A stretch of DNA of 64,000 bases, taken from Rhizobiales bacterium 62-47 (lineage in GTDB: Bacteria; Pseudomonadota; Alphaproteobacteria; Rhizobiales; Xanthobacteraceae). This document shows, piece after piece, positions 1-8,984 of this stretch. The position numbers and the translations under genes were made by a program. Every line of letters starts with the position of its first letter. Within the stretch, counting starts at the first letter, position 1. The stretch covers positions 217,660 through 281,659 of the forward strand of contig MKVX01000023.1 in assembly GCA_001899255.1 (NCBI GenBank), written 5' to 3'. The notes under the pieces were generated by a model. That model saw only the letters and a program-made list of their open reading frames with translations, searched no databases and was not told the DNA's origin.

Positions 1-149
1 GCATGGCGCTCGCACGGCTCGAAGGCGCTACGGCTATTTCGCACTTCCTGGCACGCTTCCCGAACTATCGGCTGACCGGCAAACCGATACGCGGCGGCCG
101 TGCACGCTTTCGCGGCTTCACCAGCGTGCCATGCGACGTTCATCCGTGA
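1..149 (+). CDS. cytochrome P450, C-terminal fragment (gene begins upstream of window)
   Basis: Open frame from the window edge ending at TGA 147-149: ..MALARLEGATAISHFLARFPNYRLTGKPIRGGRARFRGFTSVPCDVHP. The LARLE segment and tail resemble the stretch just after the heme-Cys loop of bacterial P450s. Only 48 codons are visible. Confidence 0.5.
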   Translation, partial: MALARLEGATAISHFLARFPNYRLTGKPIRGGRARFRGFTSVPCDVHP

Positions 150-193
150 ACATCGGCATCGCCGCCCACATGCCACAACCGTGAGCTTGTCGT

Positions 194-958
194 TTGCCAT
201 CCCTCATCACCGATCCGCTGTTCTACGCCGTCGCCATCCCGGCGGTGATCTTCCTCGGCCTGTCCAAGGGCGGCTTCGCGGGCGTCGGCACCGCGGCGAC
301 ACCGTTGCTGGCGCTGTATCTGCCGCCGCTGGAAGCCGCCGCGCTGCTGCTGCCGGTGCTGATCACACAGGACCTGATTTCGCTTTATGTGTATCGGCGT
401 GACTGGGACGGCTGGAATCTCAAGATCATGCTGCCGGGCGCGATCATCGGCATGGCCATCGGTTGGCTCACGGCCTCTTACGTCTCCGATAACGCAGTAC
501 GCGCCATCGTCGGCATTGTCGGCGTGGCTTTCGTGGCCAATGTCTGGCTGCGCCGCGCGGTCGACGAGGCCAGGACCATGTCGCAGGCGAGCGGCGTGTT
601 CTGGGGCGGCGTCTCCGGCTTCACCTCGTTCATGACGCAGGGCGGCGGACCGCCGTTCCAGGTCTACGTGCTGCCGCAGCGGTTGCCGAAGCTGACGCTG
701 GTCGGCACCACGACAATTTTCTTCGCTGTGGTCAATGCGCTGAAGATCGGCCCCTACTTCGCCCTCGGTCAATTCACCACTGAGAATTTCGCGACGTCCG
801 TGGCGCTGCTGCCGATGGCCATCGCCGCCAACTTCGCCGGCGTCTGGCTGGTACGACGGACGCCGACGGGCTTGTTCTATCAGATCGCCTATGTGCTGCT
901 GTTCCTGATTTCCATCGTGCTGCTCTGGCAAGGCATCGGAGGCATGCTGCGTCGCTGA
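194..958 (+). CDS. TauE/SafE (DUF81) family anion exporter membrane protein
   Basis: 254-aa ORF with a TTG start. Hydrophobic multi-span protein with G-rich helices (GLSKGGFAGVGTAATPLL, GGVSGFTSFMTQGGGPP) typical of this family. Confidence 0.8.
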   Translation: MPSLITDPLFYAVAIPAVIFLGLSKGGFAGVGTAATPLLALYLPPLEAAALLLPVLITQDLISLYVYRRDWDGWNLKIMLPGAIIGMAIGWLTASYVSDNAVRAIVGIVGVAFVANVWLRRAVDEARTMSQASGVFWGGVSGFTSFMTQGGGPPFQVYVLPQRLPKLTLVGTTTIFFAVVNALKIGPYFALGQFTTENFATSVALLPMAIAANFAGVWLVRRTPTGLFYQIAYVLLFLISIVLLWQGIGGMLRR

Positions 959-965
959 GAGCGAA

Positions 966-1811
966 CTAGTTTGGGCGCGGCGTCCGCTCGATCAGCAGGG
1001 TCGGCACGCCGCAGGTGCCGTTGCGCACCGACGCGACACGTGTGCCGGGCTTGCGCCCTACCCGCGCCTCGGACACACCGATGCCCGCCGCCAGCATCCG
1101 CGTTCGCGTAGCGTCGATGTCGGCGACGCGCCAGCTCACCCCCCAGAGGCTGTCGTTTGCTCCGGGAATATCCTTGCCGGGGCGATGCGCCACCTCGACG
1201 ATCAGATCGCCGCAGCGGAAAAACATCAGCCGCCCCCATTCCGGATGCGAGCGATCCAGCGCCATGTCCAGACCAAGCCGCGCACCGTAGAGCGCCGCAG
1301 CACGCTCGGGATCGGCCGTCGAGACGACAACATGATCCAGTCCGGTGATCGGCGCAGCGGCTTTGGCTTCCGATTGAGGTCGTCCACCAGCCATTTCGAG
1401 GAAGAACAACCGCACGCCATGGGTTGCATCGGTGGCGGCGCGGGTGCGTTGCCATGACAGCGATGCACCGCTCAAGACATCGCGGCTCTCGGCAGTAGCG
1501 ACCGGCTCCGGCTTCAGCGCCAGCCGCTCCAACCTGCGATGCAGACGTGCGATATCATCGACACGGAAACACAGGCTCGCAAGCCCCTCGCCGCTGGCGT
1601 CGATGGCGGCACGGACGCGATCGGCCGCCAAGCCTGCGCCGGCTGGCGCCAGCAATTCCACCGACATGTTGTCGAGCGTGAACAGCACCGACTCCGCGCC
1701 ATCGCCTTGGCTGCGCCACGCCGGCTTGCACGCCAGCAGCGCGCCATAGGCCGCGATGCCGGCCTCGAGATCGCGCACCAGAATGACGACGTGATCGAGC
1801 CCGGTGATCAT
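966..1811 (-). CDS. VOC (glyoxalase/bleomycin-resistance/dioxygenase) family protein, two tandem modules
   Basis: Internal ATG at 1811 (MITGLDHVVILVRD..), 16 nt after the enolase-paralog stop. A second module starts at ITGLDHVVVSTADPE. The upstream extension to 1883 overlaps the enolase gene and was discarded. Confidence 0.75.
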   Translation of the reverse strand: MITGLDHVVILVRDLEAGIAAYGALLACKPAWRSQGDGAESVLFTLDNMSVELLAPAGAGLAADRVRAAIDASGEGLASLCFRVDDIARLHRRLERLALKPEPVATAESRDVLSGASLSWQRTRAATDATHGVRLFFLEMAGGRPQSEAKAAAPITGLDHVVVSTADPERAAALYGARLGLDMALDRSHPEWGRLMFFRCGDLIVEVAHRPGKDIPGANDSLWGVSWRVADIDATRTRMLAAGIGVSEARVGRKPGTRVASVRNGTCGVPTLLIERTPRPN

Positions 1812-1827
1812 GCGCTTGTCCTTTGCG

Positions 1828-3126
1828 TTATGTTTGCGACTGGCCGCTGAAACCCAACGCAGCGCGACCGGCGAACACCGCATCCTTGCCCAGCAGCTCT
1901 TCGATGCGCAGACATTCGTTCCACTTCGCCATGCGTTCGGAGCGCGAAAACGAGCCGACCTTCAATTGGCCCGCATCCCAGCCGACCGCGAGATATACGA
2001 TGGTGACGTCCTCGGTCTCGCCGGAGCGCGCCGAAACGATGGTGCCGAACTTCGCCGCCTTGCCGGCTTCCAAAGCAGCTTGCGTTTCGGTGATCGTCCC
2101 GGCCTGATTGGGCTTGATCAGCACCGCCGTCGCCGCGCCCTGCCTGGCGGCCTCGCGCACCCGCGCCGCGTCGGTGACGAAGAAATCGTCGCCGATCACC
2201 TGACAGCGATGGCCGTAGGCCTTGGTGAATGCGGCGAACCCGGCCGCATCGTCCTCGGCCACCGGATCCTCGATCGAGATGATCGGATAAGCCTCGAGCC
2301 AGCGACCCAGCATCGCGATCATCGCGCCCGTATCCAGCCGCCGATTATCCAGCGCCAGCGTATAAGTCCCGGCCTTGCCGAATTCCGACGCCGCGACATC
2401 GAGCGAGATCGCGACCTGCTCGCCCGCCTTGAACCCCGCCTTGGCGATGGCTTCGACCAGCGTGTCCAGCGCCTCTTCATTGCTCTTGAAGGCCGGCCAA
2501 TAGCCGCCTTCGTCGGCAACGCCCTGCAGCTTGCCGGCCTGCTTCATGATGCGGCCGGCGGCGAGATAGACTTCCGCAGTCCACTCCAGCGCCTGCGCAA
2601 ACGAAGCCGCGCCCGGACACATCACCATGAAATCCTGAATATCGACGCGTCGCGCGGCGTGCGCCCCACCGCCGAAGATCTGAATCTCCGGCAGCGGGAT
2701 CCGCACGTTGCGGCCTCGTGCCAGATGCTGCCACAACGGCACGCCATTGGCCGCCGCTGCTGCGTGGAGCACCGCCATCGATGTTGCCACGATGGCATTG
2801 CCGCCGAGGCGGCCTTTGTTGGTGGTGCCGTCGAGCGCAATCATGATTTGATCGATTGAGGTTTGATCGGCTGCGTCCTTGCCCGCAAGCGCAGCTGCGA
2901 TCTCGCCATTGACCGCATTCACAGCGCGACCGACGTCGTAGCCACCGAGCGCTGCACCGCCATCGCGCAAATCGACTGCCTCGCCACTGCCCATCGACGC
3001 ACCGGCAGGCGCGATGGCACGGCCGATTGCGCCGCCGCGCAGCGTCACATCGACCTCCACCGTGGGGCGGCCGCGCGAGTCCCACACTCGCCGCCCGAGC
3101 ACACCGGCAATTCGCGTATCGGCCAT
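1828..3126 (-). CDS. enolase (phosphopyruvate hydratase) family paralog, divergent active site
   Basis: 432 aa and collinear with canonical enolase: SRGRPTVEV, GASMGSGEAVDLRDG, VADEGGY, LDVAASEF, SIEDP, IGDDFFVTD, IKPNQAGT, KVGSFSRSERMAKWNECLRIEE. It has QDFM instead of QEFM and SARSGETED instead of SHRSGETED. ATG at 3126 is preceded by AAGGAG with 7-nt spacing. Confidence 0.85.
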   Translation of the reverse strand: MADTRIAGVLGRRVWDSRGRPTVEVDVTLRGGAIGRAIAPAGASMGSGEAVDLRDGGAALGGYDVGRAVNAVNGEIAAALAGKDAADQTSIDQIMIALDGTTNKGRLGGNAIVATSMAVLHAAAAANGVPLWQHLARGRNVRIPLPEIQIFGGGAHAARRVDIQDFMVMCPGAASFAQALEWTAEVYLAAGRIMKQAGKLQGVADEGGYWPAFKSNEEALDTLVEAIAKAGFKAGEQVAISLDVAASEFGKAGTYTLALDNRRLDTGAMIAMLGRWLEAYPIISIEDPVAEDDAAGFAAFTKAYGHRCQVIGDDFFVTDAARVREAARQGAATAVLIKPNQAGTITETQAALEAGKAAKFGTIVSARSGETEDVTIVYLAVGWDAGQLKVGSFSRSERMAKWNECLRIEELLGKDAVFAGRAALGFSGQSQT

Positions 3127-3138
3127 CAATCGATCTCC

Positions 3139-4248
3139 TTAGAACTTTTCTCTTGCCGCGTTTTCTTCACGCGAACCGGTGTCCACTTCGTTCGAAAGCG
3201 CAAGAGCCCAGGCATCGCGCACTTTCGCAAGTTGCTCGGACGGCGACGCGATCAGCGGGATGGCAACACGGCGCACGCGTTCCTTGTCGGCCTCGTTGAC
3301 AATATACTCGACCGGCGACTTGCCATCGACGCGCGCCAGAAACAAGGCTGGCAGCAACTCTGCGGCGCGACGCTCCAACCCGGCGGGCGCCTCCCAATCG
3401 ACATGCTGCAGATAAGTCGCCGCCAACGCATCGAAGCAGGCGAGAAATCCGGCGCGGGCCTGCGGCACCCACAGGCATTTCAGCAGCATGTGGTTGAGGC
3501 AGAACGCGAGATCGAATGCCGGATCGCCGTACCACGCGCATTCGGCATCCAGCAGCACCGGCCCCTGCGGTCCCGCCAAAATGTTCTTGGGGCTGACATC
3601 GCCGTGAACCAGCGCGACCTTGGTGGCCAGCGTGTCACGCGAGAGTTGCATCAGCATATCGGCCAGATCGGGATAGGCCTGCGCCGTCGCTTCGAGATAT
3701 GGCTCAAGCCGAATGGCATGAAACAATGCATCATTGGCGAAGCGGCGCGCGTAGTTGTCCGAATGCGCGGTCGCCGCGTGAATGGTGGCAATCGTATTTC
3801 CGACCCGGGCCGCGAATGCAACATCCGCATACCCGGCCGCGAGTTGCGCCTTCCAGACAGGATGATCGGCGGAATCGAGGTATTCCATCGCGAATGCGCC
3901 GAGCGCCGCATCGTGCGCCAGCACTCTGGGTGCGGCGTGCGGAACGACCTGCGCCGCGACCCGCAGCCATTCGACTTCGCTGACATTGCGCGTCACCGGC
4001 ACGCGCCAGTCCCGCGCCACGCGCAGCTTCTCCAGAGCGCGCTTGACCGCGAATATTCGCCCACCCGCTTCGACTTTCCAGATGTCCGACGCCACACCGC
4101 CGGTCAGTGGCGTGAAGCGCGCCGTGTCGCCTGCGGCGATCAATCCGGCTTCACGCAAAAATGCCGCAACCGGGCCATGCGCGATCGATGCGATCTGCGC
4201 GTCGCCCGAATGATCGGAATGGGGTGGCTGCGAAGCTGACGCCGTCAT
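3139..4248 (-). CDS. aminoglycoside-phosphotransferase-fold (APH / methylthioribose-kinase-like) small-molecule kinase
   Basis: 369 aa from ATG 4248 (MTASASQPP..). Nucleotide-lysine region IFAVKRAL, catalytic loop VHGDVSPKNIL and metal loop LLDAECAWYGDPAFDLAF. The longer ORF-track form (to 4620) is an Arg/Gly-rich extension that overlaps the upstream gene. Confidence 0.75.
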   Translation of the reverse strand: MTASASQPPHSDHSGDAQIASIAHGPVAAFLREAGLIAAGDTARFTPLTGGVASDIWKVEAGGRIFAVKRALEKLRVARDWRVPVTRNVSEVEWLRVAAQVVPHAAPRVLAHDAALGAFAMEYLDSADHPVWKAQLAAGYADVAFAARVGNTIATIHAATAHSDNYARRFANDALFHAIRLEPYLEATAQAYPDLADMLMQLSRDTLATKVALVHGDVSPKNILAGPQGPVLLDAECAWYGDPAFDLAFCLNHMLLKCLWVPQARAGFLACFDALAATYLQHVDWEAPAGLERRAAELLPALFLARVDGKSPVEYIVNEADKERVRRVAIPLIASPSEQLAKVRDAWALALSNEVDTGSREENAAREKF

Positions 4249-4286
4249 GCCGTCAGTCTTTGCAGAACGGCAGGCTCGCCGCAACC

Positions 4287-5546
4287 TCAGGGAAACAGGC
4301 CGCGCGTCAATTTCGCGGCGCGGACTTTCTCCACACCGATCGCCATGGCGGCGGTGCGATGCGAAACGCCATCCTGCCTGGCCCGCTTCACCATCAGATC
4401 GAAGGCGCGGTCCAGAATCTGATATTCGCGCCGGGTGACTTCCTCTTCCTCCCAGAACAACTGCTGCAAATCCTGCACCCACTCGAAATAGCTGACCACG
4501 ACGCCGCCTGAGTTGCACAGGATATCGGGAATAACGAAAATCTCGTCCTGTCGTTGGTCCAGCACACGATCCGCCGCAGGCGTGGTTGGCCCATTGGCTC
4601 CTTCGGCCAGCACCCGGCACCGCAAATTTTCTGCGATGTTCTCATCGATGACCCGCTCCAGCGCTGCCGGCACCAGCACGTCGCATCGCAGCGTCAGGAC
4701 CTCGGCGGGATCATATTGAAGCTCACTCGAATAACCGGCGATGCTGCCGTGAATGGCTGCGTGACGCGCCAGTGCCGGAATATCTAGCCCCGCGCCATCG
4801 TACAACGCACCCGTGTGATCGTTGACCCCAATCACCTTGAGCCCGAAATTGTGCAGCTCCAACGCCGCATAAGATCCGACATTGCCAAAACCCTGCACCA
4901 CGGCAGTCGCGCCGGCGAGATCGATCGCGAGATGATTCAGCACACGCCGCGCCAGATAAGCGACACCACGCCCGGTTGCCTCGCGCCGCCCCAACGTGCC
5001 GCCGGAGCTGACCGGCTTGCCGGTCACGATTTCAGTGATCGTTTGTCCCTGATACATCGAATAGGTATCCATGAACCAGGCCATCACCTGCTCGTTGGTT
5101 CCCATGTCCGGCGCCATCACGTCGGTATGTGGCCCGACGAAGGGAATCATCTCCTGCATGTAGCGCCGCGACAGGCCTTCCAGTTCGCGCCGCGAGATCA
5201 GCGCGGGATCGACTCGGATTCCGCCCTTGGCTCCGCCATACGGAAGACCGACTAGGGCGCATTTCCAGCTCATCCAGATCGCCAGCGCCGCGATTTCGCC
5301 GATATCTACGCTCGGCGCGAAACGGGTGCCGCCCTTAGTCGGTCCGAGAGTCAGATGATGTTGCACGCGATAGCCTTCGAACACCGCGACCGAACCGTCA
5401 TCGCGATGGATCGGACAGGATACGGTGATCGCGCGCTTGGGCAGCAACAAGCGGTCGCGTTCGTCGAAGGGTATCGCCAGATAATCGGCGATCACGCCGA
5501 ACTGCTGTGCCGCCATATCGAAGACCGGACCGGAATAAACCGACAT
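4287..5546 (-). CDS. Glu/Leu/Phe/Val-type amino acid dehydrogenase (glutamate dehydrogenase-like)
   Basis: Catalytic-Lys motif LPYGGAKGGIRVDP, dinucleotide fold VVQGFGNVGSYAA, and C-terminal VSYFEWVQD. ATG at 5546 is preceded by GAGG with 5-nt spacing. The ORF could extend to 5618. Confidence 0.85.
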   Translation of the reverse strand: MSVYSGPVFDMAAQQFGVIADYLAIPFDERDRLLLPKRAITVSCPIHRDDGSVAVFEGYRVQHHLTLGPTKGGTRFAPSVDIGEIAALAIWMSWKCALVGLPYGGAKGGIRVDPALISRRELEGLSRRYMQEMIPFVGPHTDVMAPDMGTNEQVMAWFMDTYSMYQGQTITEIVTGKPVSSGGTLGRREATGRGVAYLARRVLNHLAIDLAGATAVVQGFGNVGSYAALELHNFGLKVIGVNDHTGALYDGAGLDIPALARHAAIHGSIAGYSSELQYDPAEVLTLRCDVLVPAALERVIDENIAENLRCRVLAEGANGPTTPAADRVLDQRQDEIFVIPDILCNSGGVVVSYFEWVQDLQQLFWEEEEVTRREYQILDRAFDLMVKRARQDGVSHRTAAMAIGVEKVRAAKLTRGLFP

Positions 5547-5786
5547 CTGAGCCTCATTCAACTCGCAGGCGCGAGGGAACCTCCGCTCGCCTGAAGCCGT
5601 TGACAGATCGGCTGCCACTCAAAGAGCGGCGATCCCAAAACGGCCACATCGACACAGGAGCTTATCGCGCATGTACCCGGCCAATGCGAGTTATTTGTGC
5701 GAATGACCGACGATAAGCGGTGCTAATCTATGGCACTATCGAAATCCCGGATCGCAGTCGGCGATCACAGCCCGGCGGATTGATCG

Positions 5787-6707
5787 ATGCACGCGCTCTT
5801 TATCGGACAGACCTACATCGATGTGACGTTTCTCACCGACCACATGCCGACCGGTGACGAAAAGCATGTCGCTTCCGCCTACGCGGTATCGTTCGGCGGC
5901 AATGCCGTGACCGCGGCATTCTGTTGCGCCAAGCTCGGCATCGTGCCCGATCTTTTGGCGACAGTCGCCGACGATTGGCTTGGCCGCATGTTCCAGGACA
6001 TGGCGCTCAAATACGGCATTCCGCTTCATGCGCGGAAGGTGAGAACCTCGTCCCTGTCGTTCATCATGCCCAAGGACGGCAAGCGCGCCATCGTCCGCTG
6101 TCGCGATGACGATCATCTGCATCCGTTTCCAATGCTGAATATGTCCGGATGCCGTGCGCTGCATGTCGATGGCCACCAGCCCGACGCCGCGCTGCACTAC
6201 GCCAGGCTTTGCCGCGAGGCCGGCATTCTCACGTCGCTCGATGGCGGCGGACTGCGCGAGAACACCGACGAACTGCTGGGTTTCATCGACGTCGCGATCG
6301 TTGCAGAGCGGCTGTGTGAGCAGATGAATTACGATCCCGAAGCCATGCTCGACTATCTCAAGCGGCGCGGCTGCAAAGTCGGCGGCGTGACGCTCGGCGA
6401 GCGGGGATTGATCTGGTACGACGAGACCGGCGTGGTGCGGGAAATTCCGGCGCTGGCCGTGCCCGCCGCGCGCGTGCTGGACACCAACGGCGCGGGCGAC
6501 GTGTTTCACGGCGCTTATGTCTACTCCTATCTCAGCGATCAGTCCAAAAGCTGGCAGGAACATTTCGCCTTCGCGCAAGCCGCGTCGGCTCATAAGGTGC
6601 AGCACCTCGGCAACGAGGCAGGCCTGCCGACGCTTGCCGACATCGTCGCGGTCCAGCAGGAGTTCGAGCGACCGGCGCGCGGCAATGTACGCGCGTTGCG
6701 ATCGTAA
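5787..6707 (+). CDS. PfkB family carbohydrate/nucleoside kinase
   Basis: 306 aa with the C-terminal PfkB signature VLDTNGAGDVFHGAYVYS and an N-terminal GG dipeptide region (SFGGNAVTAA). Divergent from the dehydrogenase operon. Confidence 0.8.
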   Translation: MHALFIGQTYIDVTFLTDHMPTGDEKHVASAYAVSFGGNAVTAAFCCAKLGIVPDLLATVADDWLGRMFQDMALKYGIPLHARKVRTSSLSFIMPKDGKRAIVRCRDDDHLHPFPMLNMSGCRALHVDGHQPDAALHYARLCREAGILTSLDGGGLRENTDELLGFIDVAIVAERLCEQMNYDPEAMLDYLKRRGCKVGGVTLGERGLIWYDETGVVREIPALAVPAARVLDTNGAGDVFHGAYVYSYLSDQSKSWQEHFAFAQAASAHKVQHLGNEAGLPTLADIVAVQQEFERPARGNVRALRS

Positions 6708-6716
6708 TGCGGCGAC

Positions 6717-7940
6717 CTAGGCCAGAGCTTTCTTCAGATCGAAGTTCGGATCGACAGCCTGTTCCGGCGCGATCGAGCGATGACCTCCCAACAACCGGCG
6801 ACCGAACATGTGATCGCCGGCGCGGTTGACCGACTCGATACCGATCAAATGCCCATCCTTGTAGCAAAACGCTGAGAACGCGCCCTGCCCCGGATCGCCG
6901 CGCAACACCACCTGGTCGAAGCCCGTTGTCAGCGCGGCGATCTGCAGCTTGTCGTTGCCCTGATCGCTCCAGAACCACGGCAGGCTGTCATAGGGCTCCG
7001 GCTTGCCCGTCAGGCGCGTGGCAACACAGCGCGCCTGATCGGTGGCGTTCTGCACAGACTCCAGCCGCAGCGGCGCGCCAAAGCGCGGGCTGGCGAACAA
7101 CGCACAATCGCCGATGGCGGAAATATACGGATCGTCGGTCAACATCTGCTCGTCGACGATGATGCCGGACGCCACCGCGAGCCCGGCCTCCGCGGCGAGC
7201 TCGACATTGGGCAACACGCCGACACCGACCACGATGAGATCGGCAGCAAGTCGCCGACCATCGCTCAAACTGATCCCCGTGACCACGCCATTCTCGGCTT
7301 CGATTTCGGTCGCGCTGACGCCGAAGTGAAGGCGAATACCTGCCTCACTGTGCCTGCGCTGGAAGTAGGCTGAGATCTCCGGCGTCACCGCGCGCGCCAT
7401 GACACGTGGCGCGAGTTCGACCACATCGACATCGAGACCTTTGGCGCGGGCGGTAGCGGCAAACTCCAGGCCGATAAACCCGGCCCCGACGACGACGACG
7501 CGCCGTGCCGCCTTGATCCGCTTGCGCAACGCTTCGCTCTCGGCGAACGTGCGCAGGTACATCACTCCGTCGAGGTTGGCATTCGGAATATCCAACAATC
7601 GATTGCGCGCGCCGGTCGCGAGCACCAGGTGCGCATAGCCTTGCGTTCCACCGGAGGCGAACCGCACAGCACGTGCGGCGCGATCTATAGCCACCGCGCG
7701 ATCCGAAATGAGTTCGATCTTCTGATCGTCGAAAAATTTCCGCGGCCGGAAGAGAATCAATTCCTCGCCGCCATCGCCCTTCAGGTGAGCCTTGGAAAGC
7801 GGCGGCCGCTGGTACGGCAGCAACGCCTCGTCGTTGACGAGCTTGATCGGCCCCTGGAATCCGGCCTGTCGCAGCGATACCGCGAGTTGAAAACCGGCGT
7901 GCCCGGCGCCAACGACCAAAATGGTTTCGTCCGTCGTCAT
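6717..7940 (-). CDS. FAD-dependent pyridine nucleotide-disulfide oxidoreductase, ferredoxin/rubredoxin-reductase type
   Basis: Two Rossmann motifs (ILVVGAGHAGFQLA and VVVVGAGFIGLEFA), AIGDCA, and a C-terminal reductase domain. ATG at 7940 (MTTDETILVVGAG). Confidence 0.8.
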   Translation of the reverse strand: MTTDETILVVGAGHAGFQLAVSLRQAGFQGPIKLVNDEALLPYQRPPLSKAHLKGDGGEELILFRPRKFFDDQKIELISDRAVAIDRAARAVRFASGGTQGYAHLVLATGARNRLLDIPNANLDGVMYLRTFAESEALRKRIKAARRVVVVGAGFIGLEFAATARAKGLDVDVVELAPRVMARAVTPEISAYFQRRHSEAGIRLHFGVSATEIEAENGVVTGISLSDGRRLAADLIVVGVGVLPNVELAAEAGLAVASGIIVDEQMLTDDPYISAIGDCALFASPRFGAPLRLESVQNATDQARCVATRLTGKPEPYDSLPWFWSDQGNDKLQIAALTTGFDQVVLRGDPGQGAFSAFCYKDGHLIGIESVNRAGDHMFGRRLLGGHRSIAPEQAVDPNFDLKKALA

Positions 7941-8190
7941 GATTGCAACTCTACGCCTTGACTGTCGTCCTTCGAGCATGTTTCCGGTATGGCGTAAAGC
8001 AATTCTATCCGCTGCCGTGCACCCGAACGTCGAATCTCGCTCACATTATCGGGCCCGTCACAATCGTTTGCGACATCCGCCCCGCGAGATCGATACAGCC
8101 TGCTGCACGCGCCGCAGAACCTGTTGTCAGCGGTCACGCGGATAGCGTTAAATGGGGCGAGCGCGATATTGCCGCAACAAGGATGACGTC

Positions 8191-8982
8191 ATGACCTTGA
8201 CCGCTACACCGACCTCGGATGAGCCGGCGCTGCTGAGCGTCGATGGCGCCGTGGCGACCATTACGCTCAACCGGCCGTCGGCTTTCAATTCGATCAATCT
8301 CGCTATCGCGCAGCGGCTCGAGCAACTCGCTACACAAGTCGCCGATGACGACAACATTCGCGTGCTGGTGATCGAGGGCAACGGCAAAGCGTTTTGCGCC
8401 GGTGGCGACCTGCAAACCCTCGGCAACGCCGGCGAGAGGATCGTCCCGGTGGTGCATGAATTGCTGTCGCACTACCACGCCTTCATCCGCAGCCTTCGGC
8501 AGATGCCGAAGATCGTCATCGCTAGCGTCCACGGCTCCGCGGCCGGCGCCGGGCTGTCGCTGGCTTTCATCGCCGACATGTGTATCGCCGCCAGCGACGC
8601 GAGATTCACCGCGGCCTATAACAAGATCGCCGTCTCGCCCGATGGCGGCGGCACCGTCGGCGTGACCGAAATCGTCGGCTCGCGGCGCGCGCTGCAGATT
8701 TTTCTCGCCGAGGACAGTTTCTCCGCGGCGCATGCTTACGAGTGGGGTCTGCTGGCCAAGGTCGTCCCTCCCGACGAACTGAAGCAGGCGACGCGCGAGC
8801 TTGCGCAACGCATCGCCCGTAACGCCCCCGCCTCGATCAAGACGACCAAGGAATTGATCCACGCCGCATCTTCGACAACGTTGGTCGCGCAACTCGAGGC
8901 CGAAGCCAACGGCATCGCCGCGTGCATGCAGACTGAGGCCTATCGCACGGCAGTCGCGAAATTCCTCGGCAAGACGAAATAG
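8191..8982 (+). CDS. enoyl-CoA hydratase/isomerase (crotonase) family protein
   Basis: ATG at 8191 after AAGGA. Crotonase motifs ATITLNRP, KAFCAGGDL and HGSAAGAGLSLAFIAD. Confidence 0.8.
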   Translation: MTLTATPTSDEPALLSVDGAVATITLNRPSAFNSINLAIAQRLEQLATQVADDDNIRVLVIEGNGKAFCAGGDLQTLGNAGERIVPVVHELLSHYHAFIRSLRQMPKIVIASVHGSAAGAGLSLAFIADMCIAASDARFTAAYNKIAVSPDGGGTVGVTEIVGSRRALQIFLAEDSFSAAHAYEWGLLAKVVPPDELKQATRELAQRIARNAPASIKTTKELIHAASSTTLVAQLEAEANGIAACMQTEAYRTAVAKFLGKTK

Positions 8983-8984
8983 AT

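Noticed and set aside
1804-2859. 351-aa plus-strand ORF opposite the enolase paralog
   Set aside because: Arg/Ala/Gly/Leu-rich low-complexity translation with no motif and no SD. It is fully antisense to a gene with strong family motifs, which is the typical mirror-frame artefact of high-GC DNA.
4249-4620. N-terminal 124-aa extension of the kinase ORF (ORF track 3139-4620)
   Set aside because: The extension is Arg/Gly-rich, overlaps the 3' end of the dehydrogenase gene in another frame, and precedes a clean internal ATG at 4248.
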